Below are positions 27,265 to 40,420 of a DNA stretch of 64,000 bases, piece after piece. The notes beneath the pieces are model-generated. The model had not been told where the DNA came from. It saw only the letters and a list, made by a program, of their open reading frames with translations, and did not search any database. This DNA is from Stegostoma tigrinum. Lineage: Eukaryota. Within the stretch, counting starts at the first letter, position 1, and every line of letters starts with the position of its first letter. The stretch lies in assembly GCF_030684315.1 (NCBI RefSeq), contig NC_081360.1, positions 12,871,763-12,935,762 of the forward strand, written 5' to 3'. Position numbers and translations under genes: made by a program.

Positions 27265-28879
27265 ACAACATTGCCCAGCTCCAGCCCGTTGACGGTATTA
27301 ACACTAAGTCAGCTCGCAGTAGCCAGGAGTTTGGGGGGGGGAGAGAGGAGAGAAAGTATCAGCCTTGCTGGCAGCCTCTTGCATACGTGGCGATCCCTCC
27401 GGAACTGGCAGGCCGTCCAAGCCGACCCCAGCTTCACACCGTGTTATCTCAGCATTTAATCTGCTCTTATAGCTACAATAATAAAGTAAGAAACTGCCAT
27501 AGTACTAGAGAATTATTGGGTTGCTCTCTCAGACACGACTGGTAGTAGTCCAACCCGAAGGTCACCATGCTTCGGACAAGGTACAGAAACTGAATCTATG
27601 CTATTGGTGCCATGCTGCATCACAAATCAGCCATCCAGTCAATTGAGCTAATCAACTCCTATTTGTGGTATCTACGTACAGATGAAAATCACTGAGCCCA
27701 TCAGCTGTAACCTGACCATTTTCACAATTCCAGCTTGAACTAAAGTGAAAATCTCCAAGTACCAATTTTTGTTTTGAATTTTCATCTGTTCATTCAAGAG
27801 ATTACCGGTACTTGTATCACATTACTTCCAAACATCATGCATCTGACGACAGAAGGGATCTTGTGCTGCAGTGGTAGTGTGTCTACCTCTAGGCCAGAAG
27901 GCCTTAGTTCAAACCTCACCTACTCCAGGGTGTAATAACATCTCTGAACAGGTTGATTTGAAAATATCTGATGACTAACTTGGAATCAATACCTGATGTT
28001 GCAAAACCTTCCAGGCTGCCATTGGATATCTGCCACAGACTGAACAAAAAAAAGGACACTGCAGCTTTATACAAGACTGCGCATTGTCAACTGCAGTCGT
28101 CAATTCAGTTGATGCAGGGAGAGAAACGTGACTTGCCAGCCTTCAAAAAGGTGTTAAATTCACCCAGAATAGTAAACCTCCCCCCCCCCGCCAAAACGAG
28201 GGGAAAATTGGATCAAATTAAGATACCTTTATTTAAAAATAAGCCGAGCTTCTGCTGTCAAACCGTACACAACACTGGTTACTCTTCAGGGTGAGACTAA
28301 TAAAGTCTTGACTTCATAGCAGATGCCGAAGCCTTGATTCAATCGCTCACAGCTGAATATATATTTTATAACAAGACAGTTAGTCTTTGAACACACAAGT
28401 TGCAGAAAGTTTACATTGACCGTTAGACGTGTACAAGCTCAGCCAGACGTCTTCAGTAAACGCAATTGCTAATTCTGGCTCTTAGAAATGGCCTGTCTTA
28501 AAAACTTCAGAAAACACTTTAAAATGGTCACGCTTGAACTCTCTGGAGCAGCACGAGTAATACTTATCTCCTTCCCTCTCTCCAACCACTGACAGCTCAG
28601 CACTGGCTCACAGATCGGGGTGGTTGTGGTGGGGTGGGGGCGGAAAGGAGGATCAAAATAAATCGAATTCACTTCAGAGCAGATGGGTTGCACTGTTGGG
28701 TGCAGTTGACAATTGTTCAACTGCATTTCAATCTCCGCACCCACCCGACCAAACCCCGTGCAAAAATAAAAGCAACTCTTTATCTTTAGCTGATGTGCTC
28801 TCCCTTGGGGCTTGAAAGATACACCGTGCAAGTTGCAACATTGAAGTTACAACATTGAAAGTAACAAGTAATTGAGCGG

Positions 28880-29170
28880 TTACGCGCAATACTTCGGGTT
28901 CCCCGCGCGCGCGCACACGTCTCTCCCAGTCCGAGTAGTCACTTCCCACATGCAACACCTCCCCCCTCCCACCCCTAGGCCCCCACATACTGAACGTTGC
29001 CCCCTCCCCCTTACCGTGCCTTTCAAGCGCGCTGAATGTGCTTCCACCCTCACGGTCAGAGTTCAGCCGCTTCCTGCTCTACTTCCTGGCCACTCTTAAA
29101 GGGGCTGCAGCGCGATTTACTGGCCGCCGACGCTGAAGCGCGGCCGCGCCCACCGTTAAAGGGATCCTCC
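28880..29170 (-). promoter_or_regulatory. CpG-rich promoter and putative non-coding first exon of ZDBF2
   Basis: Local CpG cluster (gcgcgcgcgc, gcgcggccgcgc), ETS-like CAGGAAGT/CAGGAAGC on the minus strand, donor CACG|GTAAGG at 29015/29014, no ATG in the exon. Confidence 0.55.
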
Positions 29171-32100
29171 ACTGCATGTTACTGACATGCCTGATGAGGG
29201 AACACCCAGACCACTGCATGTTTAAAACGCCCCCAGAAATAAACTGCCTCCGAAACAACGCAGATTTTTGTCAAGAGAAAGCAGAGCAGTTTAACATTTA
29301 CCTTAAAAAAAAGCACAAAACACTGAAATTTCTTCGAATTGCCAGCGACTGGAAAAAGCAAAGATGAACATCTCTATGAACTGAACCTGTCACCAGTGTG
29401 GCAGGACGCATTGCAAAGTGTTTAATTTGGTACTGACTGCTCGAAGGGTAGAACAGATGTTCAAAACTGGCTAGGAATCACAGTAAAGATCCAAGGCTGG
29501 TGTAATTTCAGTACCTAGTACACATTAGTCAATGCAGATGGATATATGGAAGAGTGCACAAGTGTACCTGGGTGGAGATGGAGTGGCAACAAGTCAATCA
29601 CCATGGTTCACCCCTCTCCCCATCCCTCAATACCAAAGTTGTATTGGATTCAGCACACCCCCATGCTTACAAAAAGGATGATGGAACTCTTGCAAGGTAA
29701 TTGTCAAGGCAGGCAACAGAATTAAGTATAAGGTTGAAGATTAGGGCCATTAAAAGAGACAAAGTGTGAGACAGCACAATAAAAAGAAACTATATCCTAA
29801 CTTAAAACTGTTAATTATCAAACCGAAGTTCTGGATTCAACACTTGCCATAGGTGGGTTGACTTCCTGGACCTGGATTAACAAACTAGAAAATGACCAAT
29901 TAAGTGCCATCCCACTGATTATTGGCAATTCTGCAGTTGACATATGGATGAGCAAGATACTGAAGCAAAGTCAAATCCTTTCTGCACTACGAATTAAGCC
30001 ACTGACAACATCAATGTGATACAGCATTGACGATAGTTTGTGTTCAATAATATCAGCTCAAGAGATCAGTGATTCTGTCACCACCACCACCACCCATCTA
30101 TCCAAACCCCTCTGAAGTGTTAGTGCTCAGTTGTTATTTGATACTTGTACATGGCAAGCTTTAAAACAGAAACACTGTTTAAGACAGGTGAACTAATTGC
30201 TGAGCAACTAATTCACCATTACATATGTTATGATTGGGTGATCTAGTAGGGAAGGGTCAACTACAAGAGGAGCAAGGACCTAAGGAATTCAGAGATAGAT
30301 TCTCCAGCATCTGCAGTTCCTACTGAGATAACAAGGTGTAGAGCTGGACGAACACAGGAGGCTAAGCAGCAGATGAGCGGGAGTCATCATTATTTTGGCT
30401 TTGCAATTGATCAGAGCTAAATGCGAGTTCAGTGATTGAGGAGAGAAAAGTTGTCCATTAAACTAAAGGCAGTCTCAATTGAGATAACAAGGTGGAGAGC
30501 TGGATGAACATAGCAGGCCAAGCAGCATCAGGAGCAGGAAGGCTGACATTTTGGACTAGGCCCTTCTTCAGAAGTCTCAGTTGAATCAGCCACCCCAGCA
30601 CTTACTGGACAAACTTGCAGCTCTACGAGTAATGTCACTGCATGACAAAAAAAAATTGGAACTGCACAGCAACAGTTTGCTGCTGCCTAAATTTGTCAAC
30701 ACGTTGTTAATATAGCCTGTCAAATTTCAATTCTACAGATTCTAGAAACATTCTAGGACCTGCCTTTCAGCGTAACCCCATTACATATTAATGAATTTGC
30801 ACAGTACAAAACTGGCTTCACACATGGTTCTGCAGATACATTAAAATTAAGCTTGTTTTTACATTGCATCTTTCATAACCCATATCCTTAAAACATTTGA
30901 TTTTTTCCCCATTGTTAAACACCTAGGCAATGAACTCAACACGACAAAGTCCTGCAAGCATAACAAGAAAAAAAACTAGGCATGAGGATAAATAGCCAAT
31001 TCAAATGGAGAACTAATTTGTTCTATTGCTAGCTAATAGAATATAAAAAGTAATATCTAAGATCAGACAGCATACAGCTTAAGATTAAATGAAAACAAAA
31101 ATGGCAGTGCAGCAGGTTGTTGTTCATCTTTGGAGTGCTTAGATAAGCATTTAAGTCTGAATTGGGATTTGAATCTACTACCAAGAGAGAACTACCACCT
31201 AAAAACATACATGGATTTCAACTTCACTTTGTTTTAAAGCGTGCAAGTACGCATACCAAAGCAAAATCTGCAGAAACCGCCTAAAAAGGTTGAGGCCTTC
31301 AATGATGAAAGGCTTGGTTAAGAATGCAGAAAGTATTTCCTAATGCAGGAATAACGTAACTAATCAACACAAATTACCAAGAAATTTAGTAGGGAGTTCA
31401 GAAGAAACATTCACTAAGGCAGCAAGAACATGGAGCTATTGCATGCAATGGTTACAATGACTTGATGATTCAGGCATATAGATCTTTAAGATGCTACAAA
31501 CAGGTGCAGAAAATCAGGTATCTAATCTAATGGAGTACAGGTCTTTATATACAGAGAAACAGAGTACAAGGATGCAGAAGTTCTACAAAACTTTACATAG
31601 AACTTACTCGGGAGCAAAACTTGTATTAGCCTTGGAGAAAGTACAAACACATGGTGTCATTCTTAGAAGTCTGACTTCAGGGGTTAAAGTATGAAGAGGT
31701 TATATAGATTAGGCCTGGTTCTTGAATTTTACAAGGTTAAGAGGTGATCTGATCAACAAAGATATTAATTAGAAAGAACTGTAGATAAAGAAGCCATTTT
31801 TATTGATTGGGGATTCTAGGACTAGGGGGCACAGTCCGAGTATGAGAGGCATACATTGAGAAGCACTTCTACATATGTCCTCAAGGAATACCTGGAACTC
31901 TTCGACAAACAGCAGGAGATGCGGGATCAGACTACTTTTTAAAATAAGATAATAGTTCAGCTTAAGAAAAAGACATCTGGACTATAGGCAAGTGTCTGGA
32001 GTTAAGCCAAAGATCAGCCATGATTGCAGTCAATAGTGGAACAGGCATGGGGTCTAAATGGCCTACTCCTGTTCCCATGCTCTGCACATTCTATGTTAAA

Positions 32101-32999
32101 TATGTTCAGCAAAAGGGTCAATATTGCCACAAGTCAGAATTGAACTACCAAAATGTGCTACTATTTTGTAAGTTCTTTTGGCCAGTTCTAGCCTGCTCAC
32201 AAATGGACTAAAAAAGCTAAATTTGTTCAGTGTGAAGTTTTCAAATGCTGTTGACAAGCAAGTGTTCAAATGTCTAGTAATTGACAGTCAGATTGCTGTT
32301 AAAATACCAGTTCATTCCTTTGAATAAAGCAATAAAAGCTCATCTTACAGCATTTCTCAGATGGATTGAGAACAAAAAGAGCAAGTTTCCACCATGCCAT
32401 TGATCAGAGAGAGTAAGGACTGCAGATGCTGGAAGCAAGATTAAACAAATGTGGAGCTGGAAAAGCACTACAGCATCTCAAGTCCCCTTTCAAATCTGTA
32501 ATCTCTACATCAAGATCAGCAAATGATTCATGGGAACACCACTGGCAGGACATGCTCCAAGCCACACATTATCTTAACTATACAGTCTTCCTCCACAGTT
32601 GCTGACAAAAATAGTGGAACTCACCCACTCCTCTCCCAAAGCACTATGGGTCTACTGGCAAAATGCAGCAGTTCAAGGTTGAAACTCAAACACCTTCAAG
32701 TCAACTTAGGATGGGCAAAGAAACCAAACCAGCAGTGCTCAGTCATTAAACCAGTCAAAAACCCTGCAAATGCTACATCAGCATTTCGTGCTTTCAAGCA
32801 AAAAATTCAATACTTTACCTCAATTTACAATGCTTTTTTTTCATTTACAGCTGACTATAAAAGCCAGGTCACAAGAAAATCCAAACTAGAATTTTGACTT
32901 TCCAGAACCATGAGATTTTAATCCATGAGGTGTATGAACTAACAGGCATTAACTGGAACATGTTCTTCAATTTGTTGCTTTTTAGCATATCATTTTATC

Positions 33000-33750
33000 A
33001 CAGTGCAACAGGACCTTGATCAGATGGGTTGATAGGCAGAGGAGAGGCAGATAGAACCTTGCAACACCTCACGTTATCTAAATTAAACTAAGGCAAACCA
33101 GGACAAGACAATAGTGGGAGCCTAGGGTGTGTTGCCAAACAAGGACCTAGGGTGAAGGTGCATTGTTTGTCTACCTACAACTCCACTTTGAACATAGTGG
33201 CGAAGGTGGCATTTAGCACCGATATTGGTCAGTGCATTGAGTTGGAATGTCATGTTGCAGTTGTACAGGATATTAAAGGCATTTAGTGTGGCCAATTCTG
33301 GTCTTCTAACAGGATATTTTTAAACTTGATGGTGCAGATTTACAAGGATGCTGCCAAGAGGGTTTAAGTTATTGAGAGGGGCTGAATAGGCTAGGGCACT
33401 CCCCCTGCCCTGGAGTCAGAGGCAGAGGTGACCTGAGGGAGGGTTGGGAGGACATTAGGGGCATGGATAATGCAAAGGCCAAGGTTATTTCCCCAGGGCA
33501 GGGGGTCCAAAACGAGACAAAGACATTTTTTTTTTAAAACAGTCCTGAAGGACAACCTTTAAGAAGGGTGGAGAATGTATGAAACAAGCTGCCAGAGGAA
33601 GTGATACAGTGGATACAATTACAATGTTTAATATGCATCTGGACAGGGACATGAATAGGAAGGATTGAGGGATATATTCCAAATGCAACTAGACCAGATT
33701 GGCACAAAAAAAGTTGAACTGAAGGGTCTGTTTCCATGCTTTATGATTTA
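33000..33750 (+). mobile_element. Degenerate CR1 LINE fragment
   Basis: Decayed CR1 RT C-terminus and tail. Confidence 0.7.
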
Positions 33751-34172
33751 CTCCAAATACAAAATGCAATTTACATTCATAGAAAGCTTGCCTTTAATAC
33801 TGCAGGAAAACAAAACAAAGTCAATAGTTGAAGTCTTTGAACTGGCAGCGTTTTTAAACAATTGCTGATTGATCAAGTTAAACAGGATTATGCTTGCACT
33901 GAAAATTCTGTAAGCAAAGGCAAAGAAAAAAATGCAATTCCACATGACCTAGTTAACCAAATTCTAACCAATGTCAACATCATGCAAATTCTGCATGGTC
34001 AACTGAGGTTCATGTGTAAGCAACTTTATACTTTTTGCTGTCAATTTCAGGAAGACCATTCAGTTCAAAATCCTCGATGGCAGACTGGTGATCTCTGCTT
34101 CCTTGTTCTTCTGAAGTGCCACAAAACCCACAATAAGACAAAGGACCAGGTTTAGTTCTGGACATGCCAGTT

Positions 34173-34178
34173 TTTATT
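34173..34178 (-). terminator. EEF1B2 polyadenylation signal AATAAA
   Basis: AATAAA about 21 nt after the stop codon on the minus strand. Confidence 0.75.
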
Positions 34179-34199
34179 AAGTGTTCATTTGTTGTCATT

Positions 34200-34286
34200 C
34201 TACACTTTGTTGAAGGCTGCAACATCAACAGATTGAACATAATCTTCAAATGCAACAATAGCTTCTTCCAGCATATCTGTTCCCAC
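34200..34286 (-). CDS. EEF1B2: EEF1B2 terminal coding exon ([28 protein letters not shown])
   Basis: 87 nt, stop TAG at 34200-34202. Total CDS 681 nt = 226 aa. Confidence 0.96.
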   Translation of the reverse strand: MGTDMLEEAIVAFEDYVQSVDVAAFNKV

Positions 34287-34419
34287 CTGAAAAGAAATAC
34301 TCAATTAGATTATTCTAAGCAATACACAATTGGCAGATAAAGGTTAAATCCAAAGAGGTTCTACAAGTACATTAAGATGAAGAGAGCAACTAGAGAGAAT
34401 AGGGCCACTTTTTAAAAAA

Positions 34420-35990
34420 AAAATCAGAGGTCACCTATGTATTGAACCCAAGGAGACGAGACAGATACTAAATTTAGTATTCCATATCAGTATTTACTTG
34501 AACAAAAGCTGGAGAACCCAGGGGAATAAATTTGTTTTCAAAACGATTCAGATTACTGAAGAGCAAGTGCTGGAGTCCTTAAGGAAAAAAAAAAGGTGAA
34601 TAAAGCTTTGGGACCTGATTAAGTGTACTCCAGGACATTGTGCAAAGTTAGGGAAGAAATTACAGGGCCCCTAACTACAGGTGAAGTGCCAGAGGATTGG
34701 AGGGTTGCGAATGTTATGCCTTTAAGAAAGGCTTCAATGAGAAACCTAGAAGTATAGAATGGAGTCTGATACCAGTGACAAGTAAGTTGGTTGCAATTCT
34801 CAAAGACAGGATTTATGTACACTGATGTCAGGATTGATTAGGTGTAGTCAGTCTGGTCAGGCAAGAGAAAACATGTTGACCAAACTTAGCTGAATTCTAA
34901 GTAACTAAGATTCAGGGCAGAGCAGTAGACATTTACATTGACTTTAGTAATGCATTTGACAAGGTGGTAGATTAATGAAGTCAGATCACATGGGATTCAG
35001 GGTCAGGTTGCCAATTGGGCACAACTGGCTTGCCCAGAGACAGAGTGGAGGAGGATTATTTTTCAGACTAGTAAACTGTGACCAGTGATGTTCTGCAGGA
35101 ATCTGTATTGGATCCACTTGTCTCATTTAGATATACACTTGTAGGAGAATAATCAGAGACTTGGTTAAGTTTGCAGATGGCACCAAAATTAGTGGTATAG
35201 AGGACAGAAGTTGATTGAAGATTACAAAGAGATATTTATCAACATGGTTAATGGGCTGAGGAGTGGCAGATGGAGTTTAATTTGGATAAATGCAAGGTAT
35301 TGCATTTTGGCCAAACAAGGACAGGACTCTAACAATGGCAGGGCCCTGGGTATTAGACAGAGACCTAGGGGTTCAAGGATATGGTTTTCTGAAATTTGTC
35401 TCACAGGTAGGCAAGGGGTCAGGACAGTTAGCATGCTTTCCTTCATTGCTCAACTACACATTGGGTGTAGGAGTTGGGACATCATGTTGAGATTGAGGCA
35501 TCACCAATGTCCTGTACAGTGTGCACAGTTATGGGTACCCTGTTAAGGGATGGACATGAAATTGGAAGGGGTTTGAAAAAAAACAGCAACAACAACACAC
35601 CAGAATGTTGCCAGGAAGAGGGAACATTTCCATTGGAGCATGAAGGCTGAAGGGCAACCTTAGATTTATTATAGGAATATAAATCAAAAAAGGTCAATGA
35701 CATGTGTCCTTTACTTAAGGTGGTTTTCAAGACAGGGGGCATATTTTTAAGGAGGGAGGAGAAAAAGATGTAAGACATGACAAGTTTTCTTTTAAAAAAA
35801 GAGCAGTAGTCCGCGAGGAACAAACTTCTAAAGGCAGTGGAGGATGTGGGAACAGTTACATTCAAACAAGTCCATGAATAGCAAAGGTTCAGAGGGTATA
35901 TGCCAAGTGCATGCAGGTGGGATCAGTTTAGTTTGGTCAACATGGACTAGCTGAACCAAAAGGGTATGTTTTCATTGGCTCTGAGTCCAT
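34420..35990 (+). mobile_element. Degenerate CR1 LINE in the last EEF1B2 intron
   Basis: Recognisable gaggattggagggttgcgaatgt, gcatttgacaagg and aagtttgcagatg segments. Confidence 0.75.
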
Positions 35991-36559
35991 AAGTTCAAAA
36001 TTATGTATAAAGTGCTAATGTACTTTACAAAATTGCATTTGGGATTTAAAACAATAAACAGGAAGTAGATTCAAGCAAACAACTTGCTTCAATTAATTCA
36101 ACTTAATTTAAATTGGAAGCATAAAGCTTCCACAAACTCATGCTCAGAACCACAGAGACCATTATGTTTCAAATAGCAGGTATGTGCAACCAGAACATAA
36201 AAATTTCAGTTTTGAACATGTTCTCACCTTCAACTCCCCAGATCATCAATTCCCCTTAGCTGATGGACATGGGAAAACCAAATCATTCCAATTCCAGAAC
36301 AGGTACATGTAAATAACACTGACAGTCAGTGTTTGGAGGAAATCCGAAAGGGGTAGGATGAGTACGTCAAGGACAAGAGGACAAGCAAGAAGGGACCATA
36401 TGAGAGCAAGAAGCAAATCTGTGGAGCCAGAGACCATGTAACTACTACTCCTCCAAGGTAAAGACCGATGAAGAGGAAGTACAGAATTCAGGTTCTTGAT
36501 GGGTTTAACCTTGGGAGTGAAGTGAAATTCTTTAATTTGAAAGCTTAACATGGACGAGT

Positions 36560-37610
36560 ATCCAGGCGCAGGGTGAGTTCTATTCCAAGCTGTGCAAAAT
36601 AAGGAAGTCGTAATTGGTCTGACCTAGTTTTTAAGATCATCTCTGGCTACAGTGAAGGTACCAGAGGACTGGAGGATAACTAGTGGGGCTCCACTTTGAG
36701 AAGAGGTAGAGATAAAGGCAATTACAAACCAGCAAGTCTCCATTGTAGGGAAACTAAGTGAGAAAATTTTGAAGCAGAGAATTAAATCTCTACTTGGAGA
36801 GACAAAGATTCAGACAGGCAAGTTTGATTTAATTGAGATGATCGGTGGTATGCATGAAGGTAGTGCAGTTGACATCAAAGCCTCCGAGAATCTCCAAAGT
36901 AGGAGACTAGAGTTCACACCATACGAGATCCAGGGTAACAGTTAGCTTAGTGGTAGGAGATCGATTGGTTTGAGTGTGGCGGCCAGAGTATGGTGGGGTA
37001 GCACAAGGGTCAGTGCAGGATCCCTTCTTGTTGATGTAGATACAATCAAGAAAAAAATGGGAGGAATAAATCTTAGGTTAGCAGATAAAGTTTGGCTAAG
37101 TGGTCAACAATGGAGGGGTGGTGCCTTAGGTTACAGAAGGATAAAATAGCTTGGTCAGATCAGCAGATTGAATTTAATCTTGGAGTGCACAAGGTGATGC
37201 ACTGGAATTAACAGCATACTCAATAGCATGGAGCAGTTTAGAAGCAAAGAAAGGCTGGATAATCTCACTGTTAAGAATAGAAAAGAAAGAGACCTGATAC
37301 AGCATACCAGATTGAGGAGCAAGGACAAGGGGAATAGAAAGCACCTGTTCCTTCAGTCGAAGGATTGATAACAAGGGGGCAGACACACAAGGTGAATCGC
37401 AGGGGGTTTGAGGAGGATTGCGATTTTATTTCACCCAGGAGGGCGCCAGCAATCTGGAATGCACAGCCCAAAGGGGCAATTGAGGCACAAAACCTGAATA
37501 TTTACTAAGCACCTGAACAAACTTGAAGGATCAAAACATTCAAGACACTGGGCAAAGTGGGACCAGTATAGACATGGACTCAAGTGCCTTTTCTGTACTG
37601 TATGGGTACA
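36560..37610 (+). mobile_element. Degenerate CR1 LINE in the last EEF1B2 intron
   Basis: Decayed RT segments and CR1 tail. Confidence 0.65.
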
Positions 37611-37967
37611 AGTCCATACAAGCTATCAAACAGGCTACAACGTGAAATCCTGCAGCATATCATTTACTCACCCACCGTAACGTTAAGTTTCACCTCAAAT
37701 GTATGCACTTAGACCACAAACTACTGTTTCATCTTGTTTGCCTAAGCAAACACCAAATTCTGCACAAGCAAATCTCTGCAGTTGCAACAGAAATTTACAA
37801 AATACAACCACAAAATTCAGCCAATGAAGTCAATTTCAACATTCAGGCCTGATAGTCAAACAATTTTTACTGAAAGCAATGAAAGTTTAAGGGAAAATAT
37901 AACACTGCTAATGTTACTTTATCCAAACAGATCAGGGATTTGTACTTGCCACCTCAGTTCAGCTGTA

Positions 37968-39150
37968 CAGGAGGTTCTGCTATAACGTGTTCTGACAACA
38001 CAAATTGACTGTAATGCAACTGACAAATAGGGGAATGCTATTTCTTCAACACAAACTTGTGTTGGCTATAGCAATTCCATCAATTGGGCATCTTGATGTC
38101 AAGAGTCCTTTGCTAATGGTATGTAGTGTAGACGTCATCAGGAGCTTGCTGGAAGGACACAAGCAGTTATAATAGTCAGGGGTGACACTGTCTATAGTTT
38201 ACTGTCATCCACCACTCAGGCTGGCATCACGTGGCTTCTTGTGGGTCTACTGTTACTGCTGCTCTTCTCTCCTCACCCCACTTTTTGAAAAGCCCTTCAA
38301 GCAATCTCCAGGTTGGTGATAGTTGAGACATACCTTAAATTCCATTTACCACTTTGCTCCATTACCTTAACTGTAAAATTCTCATCCTTATCAAATCCTC
38401 AAGTCTTAGCTCAATTTGTAATCTCAAACAATTGAGCAATTTGCTGAAAGAAGTGTTTTTTTCAAGTCCAGCCTCTTGCACACCTGATTTTCGTTGCTCC
38501 ACCACACTTTCTTTATTCACTGCAGTCCAACCCCCAAAATTTCCATTTCTTAGTAACCCTTCTGTCTTTCCAAAGATTCCTGAAACTGACTGATCATCAG
38601 CTATCCTCATCTGGCTTGGCACAGATTCTTGTTTAATATACAAGACTAACTGTTTGCATCATCCCAAAACCCCAGAAGGAGCAAACATCCTCAGTAAGGA
38701 AAGGAATACCTGATGTGCCAGCTCATTACATAAAGGGTTGTAGGAGTGTGGCAGAATTTTGAGCTCAGTCTCACAATCCATCAGATTGTTTAGAGACTCT
38801 CATGCGAGTCTTGGATAAGGACATGGAGGATTGTAAAATGCAGGATATACAAGGTAGATTGATCTTACTAGGATAATAGGGCAACACAACATTGTGGTCC
38901 AAAGAGCCTGTACTATGTTGTAATGTTCTATGTTCAATGATTTCAAACAGCTGTTAAGAACCGAGTTGGACCAACCTGTCCAAACAGCTGTTGACAACAG
39001 TACTATCCTTTGTTACCTTTTTTGGTGGTCCGTCCACCCTGCCACCGCCCCACACACATCATTCCTCCCCCCACCTTTCCCACTGGCTCGATTTTATATG
39101 ACATGAAGTTGCACTGGAATGTAACTATCTAATTAAAGCAGAATCCCCTG
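37968..39150. mobile_element. Tc1/mariner (Tigger-like) non-autonomous DNA transposon
   Basis: TIRs CAGGAGGTTCTGCTATAA (37968) and TTAAAGCAGAATCCCCTG (ending 39150), each flanked by TA. Confidence 0.6.
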
Positions 39151-39620
39151 TAAAAAGGACATTAAGAGTGAATTAGTGAATAAGTATCAAATCGCTGAAG
39201 CTGGCAATGACCAGCCAAAATCAAATTTGCAGAAGCTCACTTGCTTAATAGGTCAGCCATCTACCTTCATTAATCAGGTTCAATATTCTGTAGGAGTCAG
39301 CATAACACTTAATTCTTTGCGACACAATAAGTGAGCATTTAACACAAGTCAAAGTGAGAGGACAGCTCAAAAGTACTCTGACCTCAGCAGTTCTGGCTAC
39401 TTGAAGCAGACTAAGTGATAAGCTTGCCAATCTTTTCTGAATGATCAATTTAAACTTACAAAGCTCTTCCTCAATAATTCAATGAAGTATAATAGGAAGC
39501 TTTAAAAAAATCCATTCAAATATATTGTTTTTGTTTTATAAAAGTACACAGGCTTTTCAGCAGCCAATTGCAGATGCTTAAATTGAGATTTGTTTGCTCA
39601 ATAGTTGGAAACATGCTTAC

Positions 39621-39688
39621 CTTGTCATCTTCAACTACACACTGAATCTGTAGCTTTTTGATGCCATAACCCACAGGAACCAGTTTGG
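39621..39688 (-). CDS. EEF1B2: EEF1B2 coding exon 6 ([22 protein letters not shown])
   Basis: 68 nt, ctAG|CC ... AAG|GTAAGC. Confidence 0.96.
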
Positions 39689-40110
39689 CTAGAATGGAAA
39701 AGTAGTTATTAGAGAATTTAAAAAGCTACCATCCTTCCTAGTTTCAGATTTAGGAAGGACAAAGAAACAACCCTCAAAAGCAGAAGTCTTTATGCCATAA
39801 CAATATGCCAAGATACAAAAATGTCACTATTACACTTTTACTGAGAACTTTACCCAAGATGGCCAAATGAAATTTGGCATATTACTCATGTACATAACAG
39901 CAGTTTGCGATCAGAATGATAGACGCTGCTTCCTGATGCTATACCAAGCCAACAATCCATTTGTCTACTTAGTAATTCTGCAGTTTTCCAAAACTGGAAA
40001 AATATCCGCAAAGTGACTTGGGTTGGCCTCAAGACCTGAACTTATCACTATCTAGGTCATTACAGAATATTGCAAGCAGTCTGGCCATTATGTAAAGTAA
40101 TAATACTCAC

Positions 40111-40236
40111 AGGCACCCCAAAGTAAGCCGTCCATAGTCACTGAACGGACACACTCTTCCATTTTGATCATGTCAGTTTCATCATCCCATGGCTTCACAT
40201 CCAACAAAATAGATGATTTAGCAATAAGTGCTGGCT
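40111..40236 (-). CDS. EEF1B2: EEF1B2 coding exon 5 ([41 protein letters not shown])
   Basis: 126 nt, GEF-domain motif [11 protein letters not shown]. Confidence 0.97.
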
Positions 40237-40420
40237 CTAAAAAAAACCGACAAGATCATGTCATGAGTGTGATCATTTATTAGAACATCAGCCTGCAATT
40301 ACATGCAGTTATACAAAGGACTTGCCATACCACTGTATACCTCAGTGTTCCAGTTCTCCACAAACTCCTTACCTACAAAGCTGGAATCCTCTGAGTGGGT
40401 AATTTCTCAATAAAAAACAC

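Noticed and set aside
39955-40090. Two hairpins ending in ACA in EEF1B2 intron 5
   Set aside because: No ANANNA H box in the hinge and no similarity to a snoRNA I recognise.
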